Shown: piece after piece, positions 23,390-36,119 of the stretch
Position numbering within the stretch: position 1 is the stretch's first letter
Layout of the letters: the number at the start of each line of letters is the position of its first letter
NCBI RefSeq assembly: GCF_006345805.1
Contig: NC_043014.1
Coordinates: forward strand, 7,068,001-7,132,000
DNA from: Octopus sinensis
Lineage: Eukaryota
Length of the DNA stretch: 64,000 nucleotides
Direction of reading: 5' to 3'
The notes under the pieces: generated by a model
What the model was told of the DNA's origin: nothing
The model's database searches: none
Seen by the model: the letters and a program-made list of their open reading frames with translations, nothing else
Made by a program: the position numbers and the translations under genes

Positions 23390-24685
23390 CTGAGTGTGTA
23401 TGTGTGTATGTGTGTGTATGTGTGTGTGTGGTGTGTCTGCGTGTGTGTGTGTGCGTGCGTGTTTATGCGTGTGTGTGTGTGTGTGTGTGTGCGTGTGGTA
23501 TGTAAGTGCGTGCGTCTGTGCGTTCGTGTTTGTGTGTGTGTACGTGTGTGCATGCATGTGTGAGTGCCTGTGTGTGTGTGTGTGTGTGTCTGCGTGTGTG
23601 TGTGCGTGCGTGTTTATGCGTGTGTGTGTGTGTGTGTGTGCGTGTGGTGTGTAAGTGCGTGCGTCTGTGCGTTCGTGTTTGTGTGTGTGTACGTGTGTGC
23701 ATGCATGTGTGAGTGCCTGTGTGTGTGTGTGTGTCTGCGTGTGTGTGTGCGTGCGTGTTTATGCGTGTGTGTGTGTGTGTGTGTGTGCGTGTGGTGTGTA
23801 AGTGCGTGCGTCTGTGCGTTCGTGTTTGTGTGTGTGTACGTGTGTGCATGCATGTGTGAGTGCCTGTGTGTTTGTGTGTGTGTGCGCGCGTGTGCCTGTA
23901 TGCGTGTGCGCGTGTGCGTGCGTGTGCATGTGTGTGAGTTTGCGCGCGTGTGTGTGTGTGTGTGCGTATGTGATTGCGCGTGTGAGTGCGTGTTTGTGTG
24001 TGTGCGAGTGTGTGTGTGTGTGTATGTGTCTGTGCGTGCGTGTGCGTCTTTGCGCGCGTGTAAGCGTGTGTGTTCGAGCGTGTGTGTGTGCATGCATGTG
24101 CGTCTGCAGGTGTGCGTGCGTGTGTTTGGGTGTGTGTGTGTGCGTGTGTGCATGCGTGTGTGCATGCGTGTGTGCGTGCGTGTGTGCGTGCGTGTGTATG
24201 GTTGTGTGTGTGCGTGTGTGCATGCGTGTGTGTATGTGTGTGTGCATGCGTGTGTGCGTGCGTGTGTATGGTTGTGTGTGTATGCGTGTGTGCATGCGTG
24301 TGTGTGTGCGTGTGTGTATGCGTGTGTGCATGCGTGTGTGCGTGCGTGTGTATGGTTGTGTGTGTATGCGTGTGTGCATGCGTGTGTGCGTGCGTGTGTG
24401 CGTGCGTGTGTGCGTGCGTGTGTGCGTGCGTGTGTGTATGCGTGTGTGCATGCGTGTGTGTGTGCGTGTGTGCATGCGTATGTGCATGCGTGCGTGTGTG
24501 CGTGTGTGCATGCGTGTGTGCATGCGTGTGTGTGTGCGTGTGTGTATGCGTGTGTGCATGCGTGTGTGCGTGCGTGTGTGCATGCGTGTGTGCATGCGTG
24601 TGTGTGTGCGTGTGTGTATGCGTGTGTGCATGCGTGTGTGTGCGTGTGTGTGCATGCGTGTGTGCATGCGTGTGTGCGTGTGTAC
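23390..24685. repeat. Complex (TG)/(TGCG)/(CATG) microsatellite with higher-order ~150-bp triplication
   Basis: Direct reading; GTAAGTGCGTGCGTCTGTGCGTTCGTG recurs three times. Confidence 0.95.
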
Positions 24686-24974
24686 CGCGATTTCAAACGC
24701 GGTGGTGTGTTGTGTTCTTGGTTTTACATTGCTCCAGTTCCCTCGGCTCTATACGAGTTACCCTACGGCCGACTGGTGTCCAGTTCAGTGGAGGACGTTG
24801 GTCTGCCTGCCGAGCCATCTGGACGACGTCAATCAAAAGCTACAGCAATGTGTGGAAGCGCATTGTAACCAGCGGTGTATAACAACAACCGACAATCTAA
24901 TTGATACAACGATGTGTGCAAATATATATATATTTGCACACATCGCTGTATCAATATATATATATATATATATA

Positions 24975-25366
24975 CTAGCAGTATCGCCCGGCGTTGCTCG
25001 GGTTTGTAAGGGAAATAACTATATAAGCATTTTTAGAGATATAAAGTATGATAGCCATCTCAATATGGCTAACCACAAAGAGGGGGTGTTACTGTAGCTT
25101 TTTACGTTCTGAGATTTAATAAATTTTTAGAGAGTTACTTCCCTTATATATGCCAAAAATGCATTAAAAATGGGAAAAATTGATGGTAGATTTTTTTTTA
25201 ATCGTAGACTCATCGTAGACGCGCGCTAATACCCAGAAGGGCTCGATATGAATCACGACTATAAGATACCCGGTTTTGGTTAAACTACACCGCAAAATGT
25301 GGGTGTAGTTAGAAATCAAAATCGTAGGAGACAGACAACACACAACCTCACTTTTATAAATAAAGA
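24975..25366 (-). mobile_element. Non-autonomous Helitron H1
   Basis: A|CTAGCAGTATCGCCCGGCGTTGCTCGGG at left, TTTATAAATAAAGA|T at right. Confidence 0.85.
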
Positions 25367-25490
25367 TATGCGCACATCGCTGTGTCAATATATATATATG
25401 TATATATATATATATGTGTGTGCGTGTGTGTGTGTGTGATACAGCGATGTGTGCAAATATATATATATATTTGCACACATCGCTGTTTCA

Positions 25491-25553
<63 letters not shown>

Positions 25554-25561
25554 TATGTATG

Positions 25562-25592
<31 letters not shown>

Positions 25593-25879
25593 TTGCACAT
25601 ATCGCTCTACCAATTAGATTGTCGGCTGTTGTTATACACCGCTGGTTACAATGCGCTTCCACACATTTCTGTAGCTTTTGATTGATGTCACCCAGATGGC
25701 TTGGCGTTCTATTTGCTATGGTTTTAATAAAATACAAAGTTTGTCGTTCCATCTTTCGATGACAACCATTAATAAAGGTAAGTGTTGTCACCTTCTCTGA
25801 ATAAAAGGAATGGAAAACTGTCCGATAAAATTCACAGCTTCCGAAAACTGAAAATACACCTCGTGGATATCCCATTAAG

Positions 25880-26200
25880 TAAATGGAATATTATTTGTTT
25901 GTTTGTTTCTTTCTTCTCGAGCCATGCCTGGTTCATCAGGGCCGGTTTCCCGGTTTCTTGGCGTATAGGTTTCCCACCTGGATGGGACGCCGGTCCGTCG
26001 CAGGTGAGCTGCATGATGCAGGAGGAAAGAGAGAAAGTTGTGGCGAAAGTGTCAGCAGAAGTTTTGCCATTACCTTCTGCCGGAGCCGCGTGGTGCTTAG
26101 GTGTTTCGCTCATAAACACACACATCGCCCGGTCTGAGATTCGAACCCGCGATCCTTCGACCGTGAGTCCGCTGCTCTAACCACTAGGCCATGTGCCTCT
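25880..26200 (-). mobile_element. SINE family C-related (tail type 3)
   Basis: Head GAGGCACATGGCCTAGTGGTTAGAGCAGCGG...; tail CCTGCGACGGACCGGCGTCCCATCCAGG...GAAACCGG. Confidence 0.75.
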
Positions 26201-26351
26201 ACATAAATGGAATATCCATCAAATGGAGAAGTTCATCAATGAGAAATAACTAATTGTGTGGAAGCGCATTGTAACCAGCGGTGTATAACAACAGACGACA
26301 ATCTAATTGATACAACGATGTGTGCAAATATATATATATTTGCACACATCG

Positions 26352-26399
<48 letters not shown>

Positions 26400-26413
26400 A
26401 CATCGCTGTGTCA

Positions 26414-26445
<32 letters not shown>

Positions 26446-26589
26446 GGAGATAGAGGGAGATCTATAATTATGTGTGTGTCTGTATGCTTATATATATAAA
26501 TATAATACATATATATTTATACAAACATATGTAATTATGTATGTATATATTTATGTATGTGTGTGTGTGTGTGTGTGTGTACCAATAAA

Positions 26590-27400
26590 ATGTCTACGCA
26601 GTCTTCAGAAGTCAAAGCTGTTAAGTCTTGCCCAAATCATACACGACCCTCAAATTACAAGAATGCCACTTTCAGAATATGGTCTGAGATATACAAAAAG
26701 ACTGATGATTTACTTGAATATAAAGTGGATCTGACTGAAAACTGTTTTATATTTTATTCAGGAGATATGAGAGCTGACAAAGCCTGGCTTACAGTAATAC
26801 TAAGCAGACCATTAAATGCAAGCAATATACGCCAGAAACCAAGAATTACATTCAGAAGCAACATTAATACATCTAAACTTTATAGAAAGAATTTCAAAGG
26901 AATGTTGTTTTTACTGAGAGAAGGAAATCTTATAGCTGACGACGCAGTTTCTTCAACTTAACAAGTATATTAAACATGTTCTCAAGAGATTTCTCTCAAC
27001 TTACAGGATTTTGTAGAGATTATATATCATGGAGGTGATATACTGGTGATCATGTTATACCATTCAGTTCTGCAACGAAAGCATTACTACACGATATTAG
27101 AAAAATTCTTTCCTTCGCCTTATAGAACAGATTACATAAAGCAAAGTATAATGGTGTTTATAAAAAAGTTCATTCTGACAGTTAAGTCAATCGTTTTCTC
27201 CAAGATCATGAAACGGGGACTTGATATTATCTTGGGCTTTCTCCAACCTGTAAGCTTTCTTTGAAAAATTATGGCAGATAATTAAGTGGAAACCGAATTC
27301 AGAAGATTTTCGAAGAAAAGTAGTGGTGGAAATTCGGAGACTGGGGTTAAATGAAAGCTTGCTTTATCGTAAAAGAAAAAGTAAAGGATTTTGGTGGCAT
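26590..27400 (+). pseudogene. Highly degraded AP-endonuclease region of a LINE (RTE-like)
   Basis: ...FIFYSGD..AWLTVILSR... and LQDFVEIIYHGGDILVIM resemble decayed APE motifs (FYSG..GVGIIL; DILIIMGDFN). Confidence 0.35.
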
Positions 27401-27469
27401 AATCAACAGAACTAATAAACCTTAAACAATAGCCATTCAAAAATCCTAAATATTAAATTAGGATCACGA

Positions 27470-27800
27470 CTAAACAAAATATAATCTTTAAAGAATTCTT
27501 AGATTCAGGAGATATTTGAAGAGTCGGGAAATGACTCCGTAGTAACAAGTGATAGACTCACACTTCCTTCAGGAAGGAACTGCTGGTTTGTCCCCTATCT
27601 TGTGGTGTATTCCTCGAAGAATACCACCACAAGACACGGATAATTGCATTCAGACCCAGCGTAAAAGATTCGTAAAAAAATTAGGAATTTACAGCAAACT
27701 GACTAGGACTACAGTAAATCTTGTAAACATCCTTTTAAAACGTTGCCTCCTCAGAAAAATTCTCTATGGAGAAGAGGTTTCAATTTTATTTTTCAGTCAT
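27470..27800 (+). pseudogene. Degraded BEL/Pao LTR-retrotransposon RT fragment
   Basis: IIFKEFLDSGDI, WFVPYLVVYSSKNTTTR..., NLVNILLKR appear in the expected order of BEL motifs (EYLxxGII; YLPHHxV..K.TTKLRIVFD; L..ILLRFR). Confidence 0.4.
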
Positions 27801-28284
27801 GGTATGTAGGAAGTATACATCAGCCATTACAAAAACTCCGAGACTGGTAAGAGTGTGGGGAGGAAGGTATCCTCATACCAAAATCTTGAGCCAATTGCTT
27901 GCAACAGAGTAGACTCCGCTAAAGATTCCTTGGGTACCATAAGTCGGTGTTAAACTACCACCCGAATATACCATAGTGGAATTTGAACTCAGAACGTTAA
28001 AAGCAAGAATAAGCGTTAAAAGACATCCAAGCCAATATTCATACTGTTCTTACAATTCACTGCTTTGGTTATTAGTTTTTTATTGACCCCCGAAAGGATG
28101 AAAGACGAAGCTATCAAGCCAGAATTTGAACTCATACCGCAGAAACGCGAAACAAATCCCATTGGCCGCTTTTAGAATATAAATGAGTAATAACAGGCCA
28201 TTGTAGATCTTTAAAAAAATGATCAAGTGACGAACATGCTTTTTCTCATATTTCGTTATTGGAAAAACAAAATGTATATTTGAA

Positions 28285-28709
28285 TCTTTTTGGTTTGAAC
28301 GGCAGTCTTTAGCATAATTTCTTGGTAACTAAAAAGTTTTAAACTTCGTATACTGGTAGAATGTGTTTATAAAACATCTTTTTCTCTTGGCTTTATTGGG
28401 AAAATTCTATAGTTTGTAAGATATTTGTTGTTGTTTTTTTCTTCAATTTCTGCAATTTCAACCAATCAATGACGTCTATTGAAGTAAAAAAAAACATTCT
28501 GTGCCATATGAATATGTCCCTCGTTTAAGAAACAGATTGGGTTTATTTACATTTGTGAAGAAAAAAGATACCCTCCCCCCACCCCACCCCACCCCTAACC
28601 CTAACCCTAAAACAGATTGAAATGCAATAGATCGATACTAGGGTCATAATTATGGGTGGACAATTTCATATGACACCGCTAGAAAAAACTGCCGTTCAAA
28701 CCGAAAAGA
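28285..28709. mobile_element. MITE-like element with ~22-bp TIRs
   Basis: TCTTTTTGGTTTGAACGGCAGT ... ACTGCCGTTCAAACCGAAAAGA; internal (CCCTAA)3. Confidence 0.65.
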
Positions 28710-29150
28710 CCCGTATATTTTTCTGTGAATACAATAAATTAGACGACATTATTAATATATTTTATTACATATTTACATCCCTGAGAGATAAAGGAGCACC
28801 CTTTAATCATTTACTTCATTCTGTTTATTCAGTACCTGCCGCCTCTGATACTGCATACCTTAACCAACTCTACCCAACTATTATTACTATAAGCCACCAA
28901 TGCGTTTCGTCACTACACGCAAGAATGGCCTGTCAGCAATAAAATATTTCTCCGATTGTATTATTTCTATTTGAAAATAGGAATCTTTCCCGAAATATTG
29001 TAGGATCATTGAACAACCTATGTTAAGGTAATGCAATGTCTTTTCTCTTCGTTTTTATTTATTAACATCACCTCACATAATTTGTCTAACTTCTCGCGTG
29101 CATTGCTCAAAAGTTTATCTTTTTTGTTTTTACAAACATTTATATCATTT

Positions 29151-29665
29151 ACGTGGAGGCGCAATGGCCCAGTTGTTAGGGCAACGGACTCGCGGTCGTA
29201 GGATCGCGGTTTCGATTCCCAGACCGGGTATTGTGAGTGTTTATTGAGCGAAAACACCTAAAGCTCCACGATGCTCCGGCAGGGAGGTGGGGTGAACCCT
29301 GCTGTACTCTTTCACCACAACTTTCTCTCACACTTTCTTTCTGTTTCTGTTGTGCTTGTATTTGAAAGGGCCAGCCTTGTCACACTCTGTGTCACGCTGA
29401 ATCTCCCCCGAGAATTACGTTAAGGGTACACGTGTCTGTGGAGTGCTCAGCCACTTGCACGTTAATAAATTAGCCGCAACGTCACTGGTGCCAAGCTGTA
29501 TCGGCCCCTTTGCCTTTCCCTTGGGTAACATCGGTGGCGTGGCGAAGGGAGGCTAGTATGCATAGGCGACTGCTGGTTTTCCATAAACAACCTTGCCCAG
29601 ACTTGTGCCTCGGAGGGTAACTTTCTAGGTGCAATTCCATGGACATTCATGACCGAAGGTAGTCA
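29151..29665 (+). mobile_element. Chimeric SINE: family C head/body joined to family D tail
   Basis: C sequence to ~29465, then GCAACGTCACTGGTGCCAAGCTGTATCGG..., matching the minus-strand element at ~44900-45030. Confidence 0.7.
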
Positions 29666-29849
29666 CAATATATCATTTACACTCGTTGCAATGCTTCAAG
29701 TAAGATACTACACTCTTGTGTCATTCTTTCTTTCCTAACTTCTACATTTCCGTTTTCCTTAGAAAGTTTTCGACTCCTACTTCCTATGCTTTCCCATGTT
29801 TTTCTAATGCCAGGTTTCGGCCCAAAATGTTATAATGTATTCTAATATA

Positions 29850-30388
29850 CGAGGGTGAGTCAAAAGGTAATGCCATTTTGTTTAGGACATGTATAATTAC
29901 CAACACTGGAACATGTATCATACATCAAAATGAAGCTGGTCCTCTGTGGATCATATCCCTACTTCTCAACATAGTCGCCGTTTCTCTCAATACCAATGTT
30001 CCACCTTCGAATGAGAGCATGTATCCTTGCCCCGTAAAATTCTGTTGAGTGTTCTTTGAGTCACTTCTTCACTACAGTTTTCACTTCCTCGTCACTGGAA
30101 TAGTGTTTGCCTCATCTCTTCGGTCCCATGAAAGAGAGTTTGAGAGGCAAACATTATTGCAGTGACTAGGAAGTGAAAACTGTAGTGAAGAAGTGGCTCA
30201 AAGAACAGTCAACAGCAGGGATTCATGCTCTCATTCGAAGATGAAACATTGCTATTGAGAGAAACGATGACTGTGTTCAGAGGTAGGGATGTGATCCACA
30301 GAGGACCAGCTTCATTTTGGTGTATTATACATATTCCTGTGTTGGTAGATATACCAACAAAATGGCATTACTTTTTGACTCACCCTCC
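29850..30388. mobile_element. Mariner-derived fold-back element made of two inverted 3' ends
   Basis: TA|CGAGGGTGAGTCAAAAGGTAATGCCATTTTG ... CAAAATGGCATTACTTTTTGACTCACCCTCC|TA. Both arms encode decayed GKHY.SDEEVKTVVKKWLKE...RNGDYVEK. Confidence 0.85.
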
Positions 30389-30895
30389 TACTATTGAACA
30401 CAATACTCGTTAATCCTAATAAAATTACGTTGTGTGCATAAAATTCCGTTGCAAAGTATAAAATGAGATATGCATTGTTGAAGCTTTGTACTACACTTAT
30501 TCCAAAAACACATACTTAAATTTTATGTACCTTCCATGAAAAGTGGGTATATTTGCACGAGGCTCTGTCCCGTGTTATAAAACCCCATTGTGTGGTGGGG
30601 TGATTAAATGATATTGTAAGATGGTAAAATTTTGGAAATCGTCTTTATTTGGTACTTAGTAGTTATGTTGTTATTTTCATTGAAATCTGAGGTATTTGAA
30701 ATTTGACAGGGGTTGTTTGACCCCCTTTAAACCCCCTAATCGCAGTGGAAAGTAAATGTTATGTAGCTCATTGTCTTTATCGTCAAATCTTACTTGAGAA
30801 CACATACTTTGTGTTATGATATCTTCTATTCCCTTTGTCCTATAGACGTACAGACACACGGACACAGACGTGAGCTTTAGGATCATATATAAAGT

Positions 30896-30899
<4 letters not shown>

Positions 30900-30936
<37 letters not shown>

Positions 30937-30945
30937 TATGTATAT

Positions 30946-30995
<50 letters not shown>

Positions 30996-31552
30996 ATATA
31001 TTATAATATAATATATATATACATATATCTTATATGTATATATAACATATATGAATATATTATATACATATATATAATATGTATATATATAATATATATA
31101 TAATAGATATATACATTATATATACTATATATATATACATATATATACATATATATCTATATACATATTATTATTTATCATATATATATATATATACATA
31201 CATATATAGAATATACATATAATACATACATATATATATATATATTATATATATACATATATATATATATATATACATATATATACATATATATATATAT
31301 GTATATATATACATATATATATATATATATACATATATATACATATATATATATAACATATATATACAATATTATATATAACAATATATACATAATATGA
31401 TGATATGTATATATTCTACATATAATATATATTATATATATATATAACCTATAACATATATATATATAATATATATACATATAATACCTATAATATATAA
31501 TACATATATATACATACATATATATATATATATATAAATATACATAATATAC

Positions 31553-31608
<56 letters not shown>

Positions 31609-31877
31609 TATATAATATGTATATATCTATATTATATATATGTAATATATATATAGGTATATATATACATATAATATATATGTATATATATATATTATAT
31701 ATGTAATATATATATGTATATATATACATATAATATGTATTATATATATATATTATATATATAGTATATATAATATATATACATATATATATATATATAC
31801 ATATATAATATATATATATACTATATATATATATATATATATTATATACATATATTATATATATATATATATATAAT

Positions 31878-31923
<46 letters not shown>

Positions 31924-31925
31924 CT
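30900..31925. repeat. ~1-kb imperfect (TA)n array
   Basis: Direct reading. Confidence 0.95.
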
Positions 31926-31999
31926 TGATACTTTGATACTTTGATAGGTTTCGGCCATTATTGGCCCAGGCCATGTCTAACTTAATAGCACCACCTGGT

Positions 32000-34900
32000 G
32001 AAGTCTTTCAAGTCAGAATTTGGGCACTATGGCCCACTCAAGTAGAGAGTTATTGTTTACAGAGACATATCCGGGTGTAGGGGGTTTATCCGGATTTCTT
32101 GAAGGAATCTGTCCAAAGACTTCTTGAACCCTATAGGGTCAGTTTCTGTTTTAATGTTTTGGTGTAATGTTAAAGAGAGCGGGGCCAATTGAGGTGAAAT
32201 AATTGTGCCGTATTGTTGTTATGAGATGAGAGTGCGATTTTTGTTTGGGCGGATGGCACGGGGCCCAAGCCTTGGATGTACCTTAAAGGTGATGCCAACA
32301 TCATTTGGGCAATGCTGATGGAATATTTTCCACATCATGCAGATGATGTAGCGCTCACGACGACGTTGGAGAGAATAGAGTTTTAGCTTTTCTAGTCGAC
32401 CCCAATAGTCGAGGCCTGTCATGCCATCTATCTTTTTTGTGATTGCCCTTTGAGGTGCTTCAACTTTTATGATACCTTGTATTGTGTGGGGAGACCACAG
32501 TGGACAACAGTATTCAAGGTGGGGTCGGGCAAAAGTGGAGAAGAGAAGGATAATGGTGTGGATATCTCTCGACTGGAAAGTTCTGAGAATCCAGGAACAC
32601 ATTCTGCGGGCCATGTCAACTTTGGTGTTTATATGAGTGGCCCAGCTTACGTTGTTGTCCACAATTACTCCCAAGTCTCTGATGTTGTTGGACGCCGCGA
32701 GAGTTTCACCTGAAGGAAGGGAGTATGGGAGTTTCAGGGCATCCTCTTTTCCAAAGTGGATTAGCTCAAATTTATCCTCGTTCAGCAGCATATGTTTTTT
32801 TCTGCCCATTGGATAACAGCCAGTAGATCTGACTGAAGGCATGTCCGGTCACTCGCCTCATTTATGACCTTCTGTAGCTTGGAGTCATCTGCAAAGATTT
32901 TTATGTTGCTGTGCTTGATGATGTCATTAATGTCATTAATGTAAATGATGAAAAGAAGTGGGCCCAGCACAGTGCCTTGCGGAACGCCACTACTGACTTT
33001 GGCTGGGCTTGATTTTACCCCTTCAACTACAACATGTTGAGATCTGTCTGTCAGGAAACACTTAATCCATTTCAGTAACTTTCCAGAGACACCAATGTTG
33101 GATAGTTTTTTCAATAGGATCTTGTGATCGACCCTGTCGAAGGCCTTACTGAAATCAAGGTAGATGACATCGGTGTTGGAGCCCTCTCCCAAAGCTCTCA
33201 AAATGTCCTCAAAGTGATGCAGGAGCTGCGTTAGGCAGTCCCTTCCATTACGGAACCCATGTTGGTTGGAGATCAGCCGTCTGTTGCTTTCCAGAAATTG
33301 GGTTATTCGAGATCTCACCACCCTCTCAAATACCTTGATGATATGAGAGGTGAGTGAGATCGGACGGTAATTCACTGCAAGGGACTTGTTTCCCTTTTTG
33401 AATACTGGGACAGAAGGTTTTTTGGAATATAGCCAGCATCCAGTGAGTTTCTCCACAGATTAGCAAGGGGAGATGCAAGTTGGTGTCGACACACCTTCAG
33501 GACACAAGCAGGGAACCTATCGGGGCCTACTGCTGAATTGTGTTTTATTTCGTTTATCGCCGCTAAGACATCAGGGGCACTAAACGTTATGTCCGATATA
33601 GTGTGTTGGGGGTTGACATCACTGATACAGCCCAGATCGGCCATATCAGGATTGCTGAAAACAGAGCAGTATTGTTTCTGCAGTATCTCGGCCATGGATT
33701 TGGCATTATCTTGGAGAGTGCCAGTTTCGTCAATTAGAGGGCCTACAGTGGAGACAGTGACCCTGCGTTTCCTCGCAAATGAAAAGAACACTTTGGGGTT
33801 GAGTTTGATTTTTTCAATGGCCCACTTCTCCTCAGCTGATCTTTGGTTATTGATGAGGGTCTTCATGCATTGTTGGAGGTTATATTTTTTGGATTCAAGC
33901 AGTGCGATAGCCGTCGAATGTGTGTGTTGCTGTTGGCAGTACTTTAGTTTGTTAATTTTTTTGTTTGTTCTTTTTATTTTTCTGATAATGGTTTTTCTGT
34001 TTTGGGGGATTCTGCACTTTTTGTTCACAGGTCTTGGTGGGGAGTGTTTTGCACATATGTCTGTGACGGTGTCTACAAAGATCTGCCAAGATGTTTTATG
34101 GTTGGTGGAGATGTGTGTATGTGTAAAGGACCAGTCAACATTGATAGCTCGTTCCTGATTGCATCCCAGTTGGCTTTATGGAGATCCATGTTGTCAAATG
34201 GGTGGGCTGGAGGAAGGTCACTAGGATTAGCTTTCGGCTGGTGGAATTTCATGTTACAGAGAACCATGTCATGGTCTGAAAGAAGGGTTTTTTCCACTGT
34301 AACGTTATGTATAGTGTTAGTGTGGTTACTAAACACTAGGTCCAAAATGTTCTGATGTCTTGTTGGTGCAAGGACAAGTTGGGACAAGAAAAACTCATTC
34401 GTAAAGTCGAAAAGTGACTCTGCTGCTTCTTTGTCAGCGGTTGAGGCGGGAGTGCTTGGTTTCAAACAGTTTGTAGTCCAGTCAACACAGGGTAGATTGA
34501 AGTCTCCCATCATGAGTATGTTGCTAGAATGGCACTGTTGAATAAAGCACTTAATGCTGTTGAGGCATTCTTTAAAGCACAGTATGGGTGTTTGGGGCGG
34601 CCTATAGAGCCCAATTACTGTCAGGTCATTGGCTTTGTTGTGCACGGTGACTGATTCACAGTAGCCGTTGGAGAATATACTATTTCCATCTGCCGTAAAT
34701 GAATCATGCAGGAAAATGGCAGTTCCACCCTTCCTCCTGCCGATACGATCCGCGCGGATGGTTGTGAAATTCTTCACTCTCACTTCGGCTTCCAAGTGGG
34801 AGTTGTCAAGGTGGGTCTCAGTGAGAATGAAGAAAGGGATGTGGTGTGAATGGTTACCAACCCAGTCTTCAATGAATTGGACCTTCCATTTTTGTGCATT

Positions 34901-35029
34901 GATGGAAGGGCTGACACCTTGTGCATTGAGTAGGAATGTGGAGGTTAGTGTAGTGGCTGGTTTTGACTGTTGCAGGGGGCTTGGATTTTTTGTGTGTGTT
35001 AGTGGCAGCAATGTGGGGAATTGGTGCAC
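32000..35029 (-). pseudogene. LINE-a ORF2 (AP endonuclease + reverse transcriptase), 3-4 frameshifts
   Basis: ILTETHL, GLYRPP, MMGDFNLP, TRHQNILDLVFSN, SDHDMV (APE); NYRPISLTS, QHGFR, YLDFSKAFDRVDH, SGVPQGTVLGPLLFIIYIND, FADDSK (RT); YSLQRRRERY. Confidence 0.95.
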
Positions 35030-35049
35030 TGGGGTAATAGCATAGGATG

Positions 35050-36119
35050 GTGTTGAGTGATGGCTAGAATGTTTTGTGTATCTCTTTTGCCATGTTCAAC
35101 ATGGCTAAAAAAGAATTTTCCTGCTTAGGGAGCAGTTTTTGGCTGGAGGTGTGGTTGCACTGTTGGATAGGGTTGTAGTTTCCACTTTTGTTGTTGTTGT
35201 TTTTGTGTTCCTGAAAAGACTGGACCAGCATTACTGCAGCATGGTGTGTTTCTATTTTTATTGTTATTCAGGTTTGTGTGTTGGCTTGAGGCCCCGTTTC
35301 TGTTTGTGCGTCGGGTCCCTGGAAGATGAGTGAAGGGACAGTCACTCAGTAGACATGTTCTCTCACGTTGGGAATACCGGCAGATTTTGGGACTCCGAGT
35401 TGTGTGTGTTTTGAATTTCGATTTACTATTTGGTGGTGTTGATGTTATTGTGGGATGCGTGCTTTGGCCTTGGCCGGTAGTGCGTCTAGTGCCGGGTAGA
35501 TGCGTGAAGATGCAGTCACTATTTGTGCAGAGTCTCTGGCGCAGTGAATAGCGGCATATTTGGGGATTTCTTGTTTGAGCCGTGGGGGGCGCATTCTGCT
35601 TCCTATGTTCTTTAAGTTTTTGTTACTGCAGTAGTATTGAGGTGGTGATGTGGGGGAAGAGGGCAGTGGTTTCTTATTTGGTTTTCTGTTGGTATTTTTG
35701 GTGATAGAAGACGATGGTGGCAGCGGTGGTGATGATGATGATGATAATTGTGGTGGTTGCTGTGAGAGCGGTGAAAAGATACTGGCATTTAGTGAATCGT
35801 CTAGTAAGCTAGAGTTGAGGAGTGGCTGTTGTTGTTCTTGTTGCTGTGGCTGTTGTTGTTGTTGTTGTGCCTGACCGATGTCAGGGTCAGCCATTGTGCT
35901 GGGAACCAGGAGTGGCTCATTCTGTTGTTGTTGTTGTTGTGGCTGCTGATTTTCTAGCTGTTGTTGTTCTTGAACTGTGAAAATATGTAGAAGCTTTTCA
36001 TAATGGCCTCTTATCAGTTTGAAAGATACTTCGATATGTTTCAACTTGCTACGAATCTGTTTGACGGATCGTGTGTTGACCACTTGTGATGTTTTTTCGG
36101 CAATCTCATTCAAACACAA
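35050..36119 (-). pseudogene. LINE-a ORF1: coiled/poly-Q N-terminus and two CCCH zinc fingers, frameshifted
   Basis: Track ORF 35445-36119 plus -1 frame containing CRYSLRQRLCTNSDCIFTH (35556-35500) and CRYSQRERTCLLSDCPFTH (35382-35326). Confidence 0.75.

Noticed and set aside
25895-25945. CTGATGA in SINE tail type 3 as a hammerhead
   Set aside because: No GAAA after the potential stem (GAGAA instead) and no stem III/GUH.
28595-28612. Telomeric (CCCTAA)n, and degenerate version at ~58120-58270
   Set aside because: Only about three perfect units, internal to a MITE-like repeat; not evidence of a chromosome end or fusion.
29151-29225. tRNA genes at SINE heads (all A/B/C/D copies)
   Set aside because: A/B-box-like heads run straight into repeated SINE bodies and lack a complete cloverleaf acceptor stem.
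35445-36119. Poly-Q host transcription factor
   Set aside because: Position directly upstream of APE-RT within a bounded LINE identifies it as ORF1.
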